A stretch of DNA of 63,252 nucleotides, filler included, from Chiloscyllium plagiosum (GCF_004010195.1; 4 parts of one record of this genome joined end to end with filler, not necessarily neighbours in it); one strand, 5' to 3'; counted from the whole stretch's first letter, positions 11,651 to 25,045 are shown. Made by a program: numbers and translations. Notes: generated by a model not told the origin, from the letters alone.

Positions 11651-13763
11651 ATATGTGTGCATCTCCTGCAGATGCTGAGGGTTTTGGCTTTCCTCTGTAT
11701 GGCTGTTACTTTCCTGTTCATGGAGGCAGAAAGACATTTACATGATTTGTTACACTCATGCAAGACTCCTTCTGTGCTGTAGCTTGTTCCCAGGTTTATT
11801 TTTGATTCCATAATATTAAGAGGAATAGAAACAATTATGAATTGCATTGTACACATTTACAAAACATTTTGCAAAACCTGGAGAAAAAAAATTGAACAAA
11901 GGTGTCCATTGTACTCTCACTGCCAACCTTCCAGACACATTATGATTCAGGGCAATAGTTTTGATGTAACATAAGTTCAAATCGAACCACTAAGTGCCAC
12001 AAAAGAAGCAGAATTAAAAGACAATTTCTGTTTTAAGGCAGAACATTCTCTATATGTCCATCATTTTTCTTTATTTTAGTTATAACAGTAAAACAAAGTC
12101 ATGTTATAAAAAAAATTCTAGTGGCGTCACAGGATTCATGAACTGTTTCTGTACTGTGCCCTGGGTTCAATATTTCATCACCAACTTATAGCTCCACTGA
12201 AAGGATATTAATGTTTTAATGGATCAAATGTGGGAGCTACTTGAGAAGGCCGGAGAAAGGGAACAATTTAAAGCTGTTAGCCAATGGTGGGAAGAAAACA
12301 ACTTCAAGAAAGTAAAGGATGGCAACCAACCAGTCCATATTAAAAACATATTGCGGCTTGAGAAAGATCAAATCTGAAAGAAGAGAGAAAGAAAAACTGA
12401 AAAACTGTTTCGGTGTGCATGTTATGTGTACATTTTATCCAGTTTTATGAATAACCAAAATAGTTTATTCAGTTTGTAAAATAAAATGGAGTATGCACAG
12501 GAAAGGCTCTGAGTGAAGTTTATAATCAGCACAGTCTGGTTTACTTATTCATAACCTGCTAAACCTGACCAGCTGCTCTCTGATTCTGAAGTGAGAGCTA
12601 TGAGAAATAATGAGATAAAACTTAAAACTCAAATTAAATATGAATATACCAGTTTTTACTAGATTCCAACAATGCAAGACACAATTGCAGTTCGAGAAAA
12701 ATGCTTTACGGTTAGTATATATGTATGAACACCCAATGTTCGGTCAATGTTCCCCTATCAATCATGCAACCTGCATTGGAGCAGGCGGCTCGGCTAAATA
12801 ATAAATTATCATTTTGCACCAGTTTTTATTTCCTATATTTCCCATGTGGACAGGGCATTTCATTCACAAGATCACACTACTCGACCAATGTCAATCCATA
12901 TCTTTATTTGTCCTTTCAGGCATCTAAATCTTTGGTCAAACTTTTAATTTAGATACTCCTCTCATTATGATCAAATGTTTAAAACCCCTTGCAGTAATTT
13001 GCATCACTCTAGCTCATTACCTAAACTCTCAGGATTAGCAGTAACCCCTTTTGTGATCATTGAAGCTGCAAGTAATTCAGCCAGATTTAAATTTGCATCA
13101 TAATTCACTGCTGAGAGCAGGCATATAGCCTCCATCTTTGTAGAGAGGGTATGGTCGGGGGCGAAGTGGGGAGATGGAAAGCCAAAATCAGCCAAAGAAA
13201 CTGGCAAAGCTGGAGCACAGACTCAGCTAAACTTAATGCATTTTTAAAGTTCACTACTTGCTCAGCTGCTGGAGAATTTGAAAGCCTAGCTGAAGGCCTG
13301 GAGGGAAACTTAACATCCAAATGCAAGTAATCAAACTTCAAGAATATTTTTCAATTCCTCTCAGAGGATGTGGGCATCCTTGATTGGGAAGACAGACAGT
13401 TGTGTCGAGGGTGTGGTGGGGGTGGGGACAGATTGGTGAAAATGGCAGGAAATTAGCTTGAACATCGAATGTACCCACCTATGAGCTTCCATATTGCTTT
13501 GAAAACATGAAGAACACACTGAATGAAAGTGGAAACGTTTACTCACTTATAGTTTCCTTCATCCTCAGGGAATGTCAAGAATCCCTATCTGAGAAGTACA
13601 CTGGTTGGCGTTAAGGTGTGTAACCAGCTGCAAATGCCACCATACCCACTGCCCATGCCCTACTCAGGGACATCTGCCTCATGACACTGAAGTGTCTCAC
13701 CTATTCACTACTGGATATCCCTGTGCCAGGATGCTCACCAGTGAATAATGATACTTCGAGACT

Positions 13764-13905
13764 GAAATAACTCCACAGAGACTAGTGTCCCATCACCAAA
13801 TCACCCTTTATTGACACATGGAAAATCCTTGACACTGATCTGCTCCCTCAGAGCCAGTTTTCAGAGTGAATAAAATGTCTAATTCTCCTGTTTATATCAC
13901 GTGTC
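13764..13905 (-). mobile_element. LTR fragment (same family as 18862-18987)
   Basis: Reverse complement ...tggctctgagggagc...aataaagggtga...ctgtggagttatttca matches 18862-18987. Confidence 0.7.
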
Positions 13906-13989
13906 AACACCAGATCTCACTTGGGTTCATCATGTGCCAACAGTTTAAAGAATGATAGCTGTTTCTGCACCAGCACCCCACAAGGCTGA

Positions 13990-14700
13990 AAACTCAGTCT
14001 CTTGCTATACTCCCTGTACACTCATGACCGTCTGACCAAATTTTGTCCTTACTCCATCTACGCTTGCTGACAACACCACCATTGTAGGCTGGATTCCAAA
14101 TGATGACAAGATAGCATACAAGAAAGAGTTGGAGTGCTTGATGGTATGGTGTAAAGATAACAATCTCTTCCTCAATGTCAACAAAATAGTCACGATTTGG
14201 AGGGACGGGTATTAGACTGGGCTGGACAAAGTTAAAATCACACAACACCAGGTTATAGTCCAACAGGTTTATTTGGAAGCACTAGCTTTCAGAGTGCACT
14301 CTGAAAGCTACTGCTTCTAAATAAACCTATTGGACTATAACCTGGTGTTGTGTGATTTTTAACAAAATGGCATTGACTTCAGGAAGCAGAGTGGAAGGCA
14401 GGTCCCTGTCTGTATCACTGAGGCTAAGGTGGAGATGGTTGAGAGCTTCACAAGCCTAGGAGCATCACCAATAATTGTCCGAGCCCAGCCACATTGATGC
14501 GATGGTCAAGAAACACAAAAATACCTCTACTTTCTCAGGAGGCTAAACGAAATTGTAAAGACTCATACCATTTTTTATCAATGCACTGTAGAAAGCATTC
14601 TATCCGAATGCATCTCGACTTGGTACAGGACCATAAGAAACTACAGAGAATTATGAACACAGCCCAGCCCATCATGCAATCCAACCTTCCAACTCCTTTT
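13990..14700 (+). mobile_element. Rex1/Babar-like non-LTR retrotransposon RT fragment
   Basis: YSLYTHD, ADNTTIVG and WCKDNNLFLNVNK-type RT blocks; interrupted by a PLE hairpin at ~14193-14360. Confidence 0.75.
14193..14360. mobile_element. Palindromic PLE terminal-repeat insertion (family B)
   Basis: Arms aaaatcacacaacaccaggttatagtccaa / ttggactataacctggtgttgtgtgatttt; aacaaaat repeated at 14180 and 14361. Confidence 0.75.
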
Positions 14701-16707
14701 CAGTGTCACCATGCCATCAACCTCAGGACTAATGGAATGAGCAATTCAGTGCAGGTATTATTACCCTATTTTTGTTCTGAGATTGGTTTATTTATTTGTC
14801 CTTCTATCTCTGTCCCTGACTGTCAGAAGTCTACAATACACACCCAACATTATGATTGATCCTTCTTTGATTTTAAGTTTGACCATGTGGCCATATTTGA
14901 AGACTGCAGACTCGAGACAGCAAAGGAGTCCTACTAGATCTAAATTGAGTAAGAGAACTCATAGGTCGGCATCCAGGAGAAGGCACATCCTGGAAAGTCC
15001 ACATACATTTGGTTTGGAACAGTTGCTTAACAACATCCAAATCAGAACCAATCGAAAGAAGCATTCAGTTAAATGGTCACCCGGTTCTTGTGGAGGTCAA
15101 TACCAGTGCAGCTGTTTCAGTGATCACAGAGCCAGCCTTTAACAAAATTCACACTGTATTCCAACCCTTAAGCTTGCACAAAATCTTGACTAGACTGAGA
15201 ACCTATACTGGGGAACCTTTACAAATTAACGGTACAACTTTGGTTCCGGTTTCTTGTGAGAAGCAGCTGCTTCAGTTCCCACTGATTGTAGTAAAAGGGT
15301 CAGGCCCAGACTCGATGGGGTGAAATTGGTTGAGAAAGATTTACTTTGATTGGCTCAACATTTTGGAATTAGAAAATGGTTGAATGTGTGGTGTCCTAAT
15401 TAAATAGTTGAAAGATTTTCAGGAAGGTCTAGGAGCCAAGGCCACTTTGTGTGTTGACCAGGAAGTAAATACATGATTGTCTAAGGCCCGCCCAGTGCCA
15501 TTTGCCTTATGGTTAAAAGTAGAGGCAGGAATCAAGAGGCTGGAAAGCAAAAGAATCATCAAACCAAAACAGTTTGCGTAGTTGGCATCGCCAGTCATAC
15601 CAATTATGAAGCCCAATGGGTCGGCTCGCCTTTGTGGGGATTTTAAACAAACAGTAAATTGCTTTTCGCAGCTGAATAAATACCCAGTCCCTCACATTGA
15701 GGATTTATACATAAAGTTCTTCACAAAGCCACATGAGCAATTGTGATGTGATGAGGATTCCCAAAAGTATGCTACAGTTAATACCCATAAGGGTTTGTAC
15801 CATTATACAAGACTGCCATTTGGGATATTGTCAGCTTGTGTAACTTTTATGCAGATGATGGAGAATATTTCACAAGGTCTATCCCAGATCGCCACTTATC
15901 TAGATGGTGTGCTTATCACAGGGAAGACCAATCAGGAGCACGAGAGAACTTGGACATAGTCCTTAGACATATCTCCCAGGCATGTGTTTGACTTAGAAGG
16001 GAAAAATGTGTTCCAAGCACTCTGAATGACTTACTTGGGCTACAGAGTCAAAGAGACTGGGTCACACTTGTAGGAAGATAAAGTGAGAGAGATCATAGGT
16101 GCTCTGGTTTGCGCATCTGTACTGGAGCTTCGGTCTTCCCTTGGGGTTGGTGAATTGTTGTGGAAACTTCATGTGTAACCTAGCATGCATTCTGGCACCT
16201 TTGCATCAACTCCTAAAAAAGGGTCAGCCTTGGAAATAGCTGCACAACCAAGCCATAGCCTTCAGTGAAGTGAAGAAACAGCTACCATCCTCTAAACTGT
16301 TGGCACACTATATTCCTCTCATTAAAATCTGATATTGACATGCAATGCCTCCCAATCGGGTTAGTATTAACTCATGGGTAGCCAAATGGAGAGAAATGTC
16401 CAGTAGTGTATGTATCCAAAACTTTGGCTAATGCAGCGTATATCTATGTCCATACAGATAAGGGAAGTTTGGTGCTCATATTTGGAGTCAGGAAAATCTA
16501 CCAATACCTTTATAGGTGTAAATTTATAACAATAATGGACCACAAACCCTTGCTAGGTCTACTTAAAAAGGACAAGATAGTGCCATCCATTGCTTATGCT
16601 GAACTCAGTGGTGGGCTCTAATACTAAATGCATATAATTAGAAGTTCAATCATCATTCGGGAGGCCAAATAACAAATGCGGATGCAATGAGTTGCTTCCC
16701 ACTGGCA

Positions 16708-16869
16708 TGATTTGGAGATGCTGGTGTTGGACTGGGGTGTACAAAGTTAAAAATCACACAACACCAGGTTATAGTCCAACACAACTACCTGATGAAGGAG
16801 CAGTGCTCCGAAAGCTAGTGCTTCCAATTGAACTTGTTGAACTATAACCTGGTGTTGTGTGATTTTTAA
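16708..16869. mobile_element. PLE-derived hairpin insertion in Gypsy pol
   Basis: Exact 13-bp TSD cttcccactggca at 16695-16707 and 16870-16882; inverted arms. Confidence 0.88.
16786..16820 (+). ncRNA. Minimal (PLE-type) hammerhead ribozyme motif
   Basis: uac CUGAUGA a GGAGC agu GCUCC GAAA GC UA gug: intact core, 5-bp stem II, 3-bp stem I, short palindromic stem III region. Confidence 0.72.
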
Positions 16870-17354
16870 CTTCCCACTGGCAGATACACCACCGATGGTA
16901 CCATTCCTATCTGTGATGGTTTTAAATTTTCTGGACATGCTTCTAGTCACAGCTGACAATATCAGACTTTTTACACAGAAAGATCCAGTCCTGGCAAAAC
17001 TGAAACAGCTGGTGATGGTGGGGGAAACCAAAGAGTCGTCACAACCAGAATAGAAAACTATTTGCACCTGGTGAGAACAAATCAAGGTAGAGGACGGCAT
17101 ATTATTATAGGGAACAGGAGTGATTGTCCTGAGCAAAGGTTGCTTCCGGATACTGGCTGAACTCCACCAGTGTCATCCAGGAATTTCCAAAATGAAGATG
17201 TTGGCAAGATGTTATGTATGATGGCCAGGTTTAGATACAGACATAGTCACATTGTTGTGGGTCAGTGTTCAGAGTGCTAACAAGGTCAAAAGTTACCAAC
17301 AGCAGCTTCTCCACATTCATGGGAATGACCAGATAAACCCTGGACTTAGTTATA

Positions 17355-17584
17355 CAGGTCGTTCTGCCACAGCACGCGTTTTGTCAACATGAATTGGCTA
17401 TAACGCGATTGATGAATTGTAGGTATTGTTTGGATAACACAAACTTCCTACTGAACGGATGCAGCGATTTTCTATTAGTGACCTTCTACAGCACAATTTT
17501 CGATAGCTGTTTTCCATAGCATGATTTTCTATAGAGCAAAGGTTACAGAGGAACATAACTATCACGTTATAGCAGGAAGACCTG
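17355..17584. mobile_element. 230-bp TA-flanked MITE (Tigger/pogo-like)
   Basis: TA|CAGGTCGTTCTGC...GCAGGAAGACCTG|TA, inserted in the Gypsy integrase region. Confidence 0.82.
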
Positions 17585-17619
17585 TATGTTCGACTATGCC
17601 AGTCCTTCCATGGGCTCAA

Positions 17620-18860
17620 TGTTGTTATCCCCCTTAGTCCAAGAACTCCCCACCTACGTTCGGGACACCACCCATGCCCTTCACCTCCTCCATGATTTTC
17701 GCTTCCCCGGTCCCCAGCGCCTTATCTTCACCATGGACATCCAGTCCCTGTACACCTCCATCCCCCATCACGAAGGACTCAAAGCCCTCCGCTTCTTCCT
17801 TTCCCGCCATACCAACCAGTACCCTTCCACTGACACCCTCCTTCGACTGACTGAACTGGTCCTCACCCTGAACAACTTCTCTTTCCAATCCTCCCACTTC
17901 CTCCAAACGAAAGGAGTAGCCATGGGCACCCGCATGGGCCCCACCTACGCCTGCCTCTTCGTAGGATATGTGGAACAATCCATCTTCCGCAACTACACAG
18001 GCCCCACCCCCCACCTTTTCCTCNNNNNNNNNNNNNNNNNNNNNNNNNNNNNNNNNNNNNNNNNNNNTTAATTAATTAANNNNNNNNNNNNNNNNNNNNN
18101 NNNNNNNNNNNNNNNNNNNNNNNCAGGCCCCCTAACAAACCACCCTCCCTTCCTGATTCCTTCCCCTGCCACCGTAGGAATTGCAAAACCTGTGCCCACA
18201 CCTCCCCCTTCACCTTTGTCCAAGGCCACAACGAGCCTTTCACACCCATCAAAGTTTCACCTGCACTTCCACACATGTTATTTATTGTATCCGTTGTTCC
18301 CGATGCAATCTCCTTTACATTGGGGAGACCAGACGCCTTCTCACAGAGCGCTTCAGAGAGTATCACTGGGACACCTGCACCAATCAACCCCACCGCCCCG
18401 TGGTTGAATATATCAACTTCCCCTCCCACTCTGCTGAGGACATGCAGGTCCTGGGCCTCCTCCATAGCCACTCCCTTACCATCCAACACCTGGAGGAAGA
18501 ACGTTTCATCTTCCGCCTCGGACCCTTCAACCCCATGGCATCAATGTGGATTTCATCAGTTTCCTCATTTCCCCTCCCTCCACCTTACCCCAGTTCCAAC
18601 CTGCCAGGTCAGCACCATCCTTATGACCTGTCCCACCTGTCAATCTTCCTTCCCACCTACTCTCTGCTACCTTCTCCCCAGCCCCACCCTCCTCCCATTT
18701 ATCTCTCCACCCCTAAGGCTCCCAGCCTCATGCTTGACGAAGGGCTTTTGCCCGAAACGCCGATTTTCCTGCTTCTCAGATGCTGCCTGACCTGCTGTGC
18801 TTTTCAAGCACCACGTTAATCTTGACTCCAATCTCCAGCATCTGCAGTACCCACATTTGT
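17620..18860 (+). mobile_element. Penelope-like element (RT + GIY-YIG + terminal repeat), gapped
   Basis: ORF 17586-18071 has FTMDIQSLYTSIPH and QTKGVAMGTRMGP; after the gap, FTCTSTHVIYCIRCSRCNLLYIGETRR and RFREY; hammerhead-like tgacgaagggcttttgcccgaaac at ~18735. Confidence 0.92.
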
Positions 18861-18861
18861 C

Positions 18862-18987
18862 CCATATTAGACATCCAGTACATTCTGAGAGCTGGCTCTG
18901 AGGGAGCTGAATCGATGTCAAGGACCCGCCACGTGTAAATAAAGGGTGACTTGCTAATGGGATACTGGCCTCTGTGGAGTTATATCA
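18862..18987 (+). mobile_element. LTR 3' fragment
   Basis: AATAAA and terminal ...gagttatatca; homologous to 13764-13905 in inverted orientation. Confidence 0.68.
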
Positions 18988-19069
18988 CCTTCCAGGCCTT
19001 TAGTCTTTTTTCTATATTGTGTATTGGATCTGTGTAATGACCACTATTGTACCTCCACTCCATATCCCA

Positions 19070-20030
19070 TTCCTCTTCCAAATTAGTTTCAACCACTACC
19101 AGCAGCACTAACAATGCCTCACCACCACAAACCCCCACCAACTACCCCCCACGAGCACCCCCGTCCCCCAACCAAGATATTGATTCTATCCCAGTTCAGA
19201 TGTAACCTAAACTTGTAAAGACACCAGCTTTCCCAAACATGGACCCAGTGACCCGAAAAGCTGAAACCCTTGCTTCTGCACCAATTCTTTAGCCATATAT
19301 TCATCTTCCTTCCCTCCCTATTCCTACACTCACTGAATTGTGATAAAAGGATTAATCTGGAGATTACAACCTTTGGGGTCTTGATTTTTCAATCTACTCC
19401 TGGATTCCATGAATTTGTGTTGCAGGATTTCATCCCACTTTCAATCAATATTGTTGGTCCCAAAGTGACCTTCAATCGCTGGCTGCTCACCCTTCTCCTT
19501 CAGAATCCCTTGACATCCTTGACAACTTTGGAGGCAACACAACATCCTGGACTCCCATTTGGCGCTGAAGAAATGCCCCTCACTGTTGGATATTGTACCA
19601 TGATTGTCCTCTTTTTTTTTTCTCTCTCTCTCTCATTCTATCTCTCTCTCTCATTCTCTCACTCTCTTATTCTCTTTCAGTCTCCTCCTCCCTATTCAGC
19701 CCAGCTCTGACTGTATTCCTAAAGTTTTCCAACTCAGAAACACTATTGTTAAATGCAATGTACTTTGGGCTTTTCTCATTACCTGCCTGTCTCCCTTTTT
19801 CTAACTGACACTCACACATTCTTTCTCTGACTGCACTTTCTTCAGCTGTGGGGTTACCACATCTAACAAGGAGAAATGCAGATTCACTGCTGTGCCTCCA
19901 GTCCTCACTCAAGCTCCAAAAGCCAATCCACAAACCAGCGGCACTAATCTTCTGAACTGCCAGGAATGCCCATAACTTCCCACATATTGCAGGCCCGGTA
20001 AGACACAGGACTGAGCTCCCCTTCCATAAC
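19070..20030 (-). mobile_element. Degraded CR1 ORF1 region
   Basis: Minus strand WLKNWCRSKGFSF and RLHLN (SGNH esterase); (ct)n microsatellite at ~19610-19680. Confidence 0.65.
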
Positions 20031-20879
20031 ACTCACACCTTAAATTTAAGGAAGTAGAAAATTGATTAAATTGCTTATTTTTATTTCAAACAGAAGCAAA
20101 AAGTCTTTTGTTTCCTCAAAGTAGATTTAAAGTGAAGACAAACAACTATCCACTGCCTACTAAACAGCTCTTTATGTGCTGATATCACTTCTGATAGTCC
20201 TTTTGAATTCTGGCAGAATTCCTGTTGGGGATTAGCTGCTGTTTTGACTGAACTCGATCTGCACCTCAACCCTCAGATTTTTCTACTGTCACCACTCATC
20301 TCAGATTGGCCCTGCTCTGCTCCTGCCATATACACACTAATGAATCTAGCTCTGTCTCTGAAATAATGTCCCAAAGGGTCCTTTCCTCACCCACTCATCT
20401 TGGTGATGTTGACTGTTTGTTGTCACTTTGCACACCCTCGAGGGATTGAATGCCTGTTTCATGTTGGAAACGTGAAAACCCTGAAGGCACTTTCCTTTTC
20501 ATCCTCATCTGTTACTTTGCCATTTCTGAAGTTTTTAAGATGCCCAATGGACAAATCCTAACTTCTATCGCTGGATGAAATATGACTAACTATTGGTTTC
20601 TTTTATTTCTCACCTGATATAATTTCCTCATGAAAAAGAAAATTGACTGTGGAATGTGTAAACTTGGCTATATTTTATAGTTCTATAATATATTATAATT
20701 TGATATTCAAATGAAAAATTAATTTTCAACCAATATTTCTTCTTACACAAGGTAATACTTTTATTAATAATTATGCTGAGCAGTTCTCTTGGTTTAATTA
20801 AAACATAAGCACACTCACACGTGTTTTGAATTTTGCTGAGTATGTTGCCAGGCCTATTTTTAAATCTGAATCTATTCTC

Positions 20880-21340
20880 TCCCAGGGCTGGAGGGTTTGA
20901 TCTATAGGGGGAGGCTGAATAGGCTGGGGCTATTTTCCACGCAACGTTGAAGACTGAGGGGTGACATTATAGAGGTTTATAAAATCATAAGGGACATGGA
21001 TAGGATGACTAAACCAAGGTTTTTTTTCCCCCAGCTTGGGGGAGTCCAAAACTAGAGGGCATAGGTTTAAGATGAAAGGGGAAAGATTTAAAAGAGACCT
21101 AAGGAGCAACTTTTTTGTGCAGAGGGTGGTGCATGTATGGAATAAGCTGCCTGAGGAAGTGGTGGAGGCTGGTATGATAACAACATTTAAAAGGCACCTG
21201 GATGCGTATATGAATAAGAAGGGCTTAAAGGGATATGGGCCAAATGTTGGCAAATGGGATTAGATTTATTTAGGACATCTGGTCGGCATGGTTGAGTTGA
21301 ACCAAAGGGTCTGCTTCCGTGCTGTATCTCTCCATGAATC
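20880..21340 (+). mobile_element. CR1 3' fragment
   Basis: TRGHRFKMKG and FFVQRVVHVWNKLPEEVV, followed by the CR1 3' UTR. Confidence 0.88.
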
Positions 21341-22479
21341 ACTCCTTAAGATTTGCAGTCACCTACTGGGATTATTATAAAATGTATGATACGCATTCAA
21401 CTTTAGTTTGGTTTTAAAACCTGAAATGAGGAAACACTATTCTTTAAATATTTAAAGTTATTTAATTCTATAATTAATATGAAAGTGTTTGGTATACATT
21501 AAGAAGTCAAAATATTGAATGCACTTAGATTCAAACATACTGAGGTAAAATTATAATGTTCTGAAGTATTTAATTAATGGGTGAAAATGATAGTCCATGT
21601 TATCCATTATGTTCTTATCCATGCAGTACAAATGGGTCAGTGACCTTATTTGAATTGTATGCCAAACTGCTCTCTCCAGGTATTGCTCATGATATAACCT
21701 GGAGGATGATGATACCAAAAAGGCTAGTATTTAATAATAGTATTAAATTTCAAATTAAAATAACAATTTATTGAGTTATTTTCCCCTTGTTGAAACAGTT
21801 CAGCTCCTATCTCATCTTCATAATATGAGGGTGAAAATAGTGTCACAATTTATGTGCAGAGATCCAGTTGGAGATTCATACAGAAAAGGCTCAGGTAGCT
21901 CCCTGTAACTGGATGTATCATGTCAGCTTTTGGCAGGGTAAGATTAGACTGCCTCAAAGTTAATGTGGCAAAGAGCTAAAGAGTGCTGCATTTTCAATGG
22001 CAAATGCAGTTCAAAGTAAAAGCTAGTGAAATATCAAAGCAGCACTTGTCTTGGCGAATTATAATCATATATTCATCCTGCTGCACCAAAGGATGCTGAC
22101 AAAACTCATAACATGTTTACCATATTTTGAATTCACGGATTTGTAATAGGTTAGAACAGTTGCTTGTGGCTGTCAACCTGCGAGACCTTAATTCCAAATC
22201 GCTGGAATAGGATCATTTAATCAATTGAGGCATATCTGGATCACTGACATCATTAAGTATACCACCTTGCCAGCTCCAGGATGTGGCCAATAAGCTGAAG
22301 ATTGTAAACTTGCAACATTTCTACTCACTGCAATTGCATAACTTCAGACCCTTGATCCATCCAAGATCAGTTCCACTTACACTTTTTAATTTGGACCAGC
22401 TTGAAATACAAAACAGAACACTTGTCCAACCTGAGCAGCGATCAGTTTTAACAGATCAATCACTGCAACTCAGAGAGGA

Positions 22480-22740
22480 TTCCTTGGACCTCCTTCCATT
22501 CATTCTCAATTTACCACCAAGATGTAAACGTGGGAAATAGGAACGGCATCGGAAACTCCCATACCCCATCCCAGTTCACAAATTAATAATTGACACCCAT
22601 TTCAAAGGGAACCCAAAGGAAAATTTTCTTAATTTTTCAAAACCTTCTCGCTGGAATTCAATTGGAAGAATGAGAATCCTACACATATTGGTCAGGGATT
22701 TCCCTTCAATCTTCTGAATCGAATTGTGGGTCCAACATGT
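22480..22740 (-). mobile_element. Ancient L1/Tx1-like ORF2 fragment (tentative)
   Basis: Minus strand RILILPIEFQREGFEKLRKFSFGF then GMGVSDA, resembling the post-RT region of L1/Tx1. Confidence 0.35.
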
Positions 22741-24034
22741 CAGAAAACTACACTGTGAACGGAAGAGTCATAGACCAATCCATTCCCCCACTCTGGTGGC
22801 ATTTTAACCACTGAGCCACACAGTTTACCTGCCCTTAGCCACATCCTGTCTAACTGTCGGAGAGTTGAGCCCAATGGATCAGAGCTCACAAACGAGGATT
22901 GTGAAATTGATAAATAGTTTATTAAACAAAGCGATATCGTGGAAGAGAAATTAATCGGGCTGACACAGAACTGATTTTCTGCACAGATGGTCAAATGCTC
23001 TTCCCAGGACATAAGGGTACAACACAAACGTGATAATTGTAAAGCAGTTACAGTACAATGGTGAAAGTTGGAAAGAGATTAAAACAAGAATAAACTGGAA
23101 GTTAATCAAATATCCGGCAGTAATAATTCATTTGTAATTGACACAGGAGATTCCAGTGGGTGAAAATGTCTTCTAGAGGATTCTTCATTGTATTTCCCGT
23201 CCATGCAAACATGTGTAAATGTCCCTTCTCCTGGCATTCAGGTGTGTCCATTGTGTTCCTCCTGTGAGCAAAGTCTTCCAGGATCTCTCGGTCTGCCTCT
23301 TTGATTATGGGCTGGGAGCTGATTGTGAAGGCTGTTTTAGGAAGTGTATTCTGTGGTCTGTGAGTAGCTTGGCAAGGTTTCTATGGTAGCCTATTTGGCC
23401 AAGACTCGGGCACTCTGGGTAATTTCTGTATGTGTTTTACATGCCAGCTTCTGGGTTTCTTATGTGGCCATGCTGTGAGTGGGCAGGGTGGCAGATCTTT
23501 TTCCCACACTAATCAACTGATTAAGTCATTACTACTCTGTCACCAATTACCAATAGAGTTCCAGAGCTTGTTATTGTCCAGTAAGAGGAATATAAAACAC
23601 AGGTGAGCACTCAAACAATTCCAAACATGACTTCTTTTTTATGTACAGCCTGCAAAAGTGGATGTAAACAAAACCAAATTGAATTCATCCCAAAATGCAA
23701 ACCAAATTTTGATGTCATGATCAACAACTACTCTACAGTCCATGACAGTCTGCTGCAACCAGCTCTCATTAACTGGGACTGAGTGTCAGTCGGGACCAGT
23801 TGGTTTCTGGGGCCCGACACAGCTAAACTCAGCCTTGCACAAGGACAGCTTCTTCTTACTCCATCTCCTTATCCTCTTCCTCAGAAGACTTCCTCCATTC
23901 TTCTAGTTCCTCAGCATCTGGCGCATCATCTCATTGTCTGCTGGAGTTGCACATGCTGGAATGATATAGCACACTCTCTATAGGCGAGACTGGAGAATCC
24001 CCTAAACAGGTCCAAAAAGAGGTATAGTGTTTTC

Positions 24035-24608
24035 AGGAAAGTTATCATTGTTATACAAAATGCTAGTGTGGCCGCACTTGGAATATCTTGTACAGTTCTG
24101 GTCGCCCTATTACAGGAAGGATGTGGAAGCATTGGAAAATGTGCAGAGGAGATTTACCAGAATGTTGCCTGGTCTGGAGGGAAGGTCTTATGAGGAAAGG
24201 TTGAGAGACTTGGGTCTATTCTCATTGGAAAGAAGAAGGCTAAGAGGGGATTTGATAGAGACATACAAGATGATCAGAGGATTGGATAGGGTAGGCAATG
24301 AAAGTCTTTTTCCTAGGATGGTGACATCAGCTTGTACGAGGGGACATAACTATAAATTGAGGGGTGATAGATTTAACACAGATGTCAGAGGCAGGTTATT
24401 TACTCAGAGAGTGGTAAGGGCGTGGAATACCCTACCTGTCAATGTAGTTAGCTCAGCCACATTAGGGAGATTTAAACAATCCTTGGATGAGCACATGGAT
24501 GATGATGGGATAGTGTAGGAGCATGAATTGAGAATAGTTCACAGGTTGGCGCAAAATTGAGGGCCTAAGGGCCTGTTCTGTGCTGTATTGTTCTATGTTC
24601 TAAGTTCT
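24035..24608 (+). mobile_element. CR1 3' fragment
   Basis: ORF 24027-24518 (PHLEY..QFWSPYY..QRRFTRMLPG..TRGH) and (gttctat)n tail. Confidence 0.92.
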
Positions 24609-24844
24609 AATTTTTCATTGCAGTCTGTAGCATCCATCAATTAACTTGACATGTGATGAAGTGAATATCTTCTCCTCCCATAGTACCATGTGGAAATTTC
24701 ACAACTGATGGATCACCCTTGGCCAGAGTTCACCTCATTTTAAGTCATTGCCCCAACGTCTGCATCACTGCGATATCAATGTCAGATTTGCAAGCATTAC
24801 CTTTTGACCAGCATTTGAACCCTATGAATATTCACACCACACAA

Positions 24845-25045
24845 AGGTCGAGGCAAAGTACTATAGTCTCAGAGGATCTTAGGGCTGCTCGCTCATTAGG
24901 CAGAGGCAACTAATGGTGAGTTTAACCAGAGGGTCACCATGTCTCAGGAGGGGGAGGTTGAAAGGACAGGACTTTCATGAAGACCTGAGCCAGTACAGGA
25001 ATTGAACCCACACTGTTGGTTTCACTCTGTATCACAAACCAACCA
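24845..25045 (-). mobile_element. tRNA-derived SINE (second family)
   Basis: Reverse complement of the copy at 26770-26975 (ttagct...tggtttgtgat...ggttcaatt...cctgag.catggtgacc...ctaatgag). Confidence 0.65.

Larger units (their letters stand above)
14900..17620 (+). mobile_element. Degraded Gypsy/Ty3 pol (protease-RT-RNaseH-integrase)
   Basis: QLNGHPVLVEVNTSAAVSVI (PR); ASPVIPIMKPNGSARLCGDFKQTVN and YLDGVLITG (RT); MDHKPLLGLL (RH); ELHQCHPGISKMKMLAR..WPGLD and PWT (IN). Gypsy domain order. Confidence 0.92.

Noticed and set aside
18068..18079. TTAATTAATTAA inside N runs (also 35763-35774 and 57938-57949)
   Set aside because: Identical six-frame-stop spacer centred in gaps; a scaffolding artefact. 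Adjacency of sequence across these gaps is uncertain.
23100..23800. Possible old retroelement-derived sequence
   Set aside because: No convincing motif in any frame.
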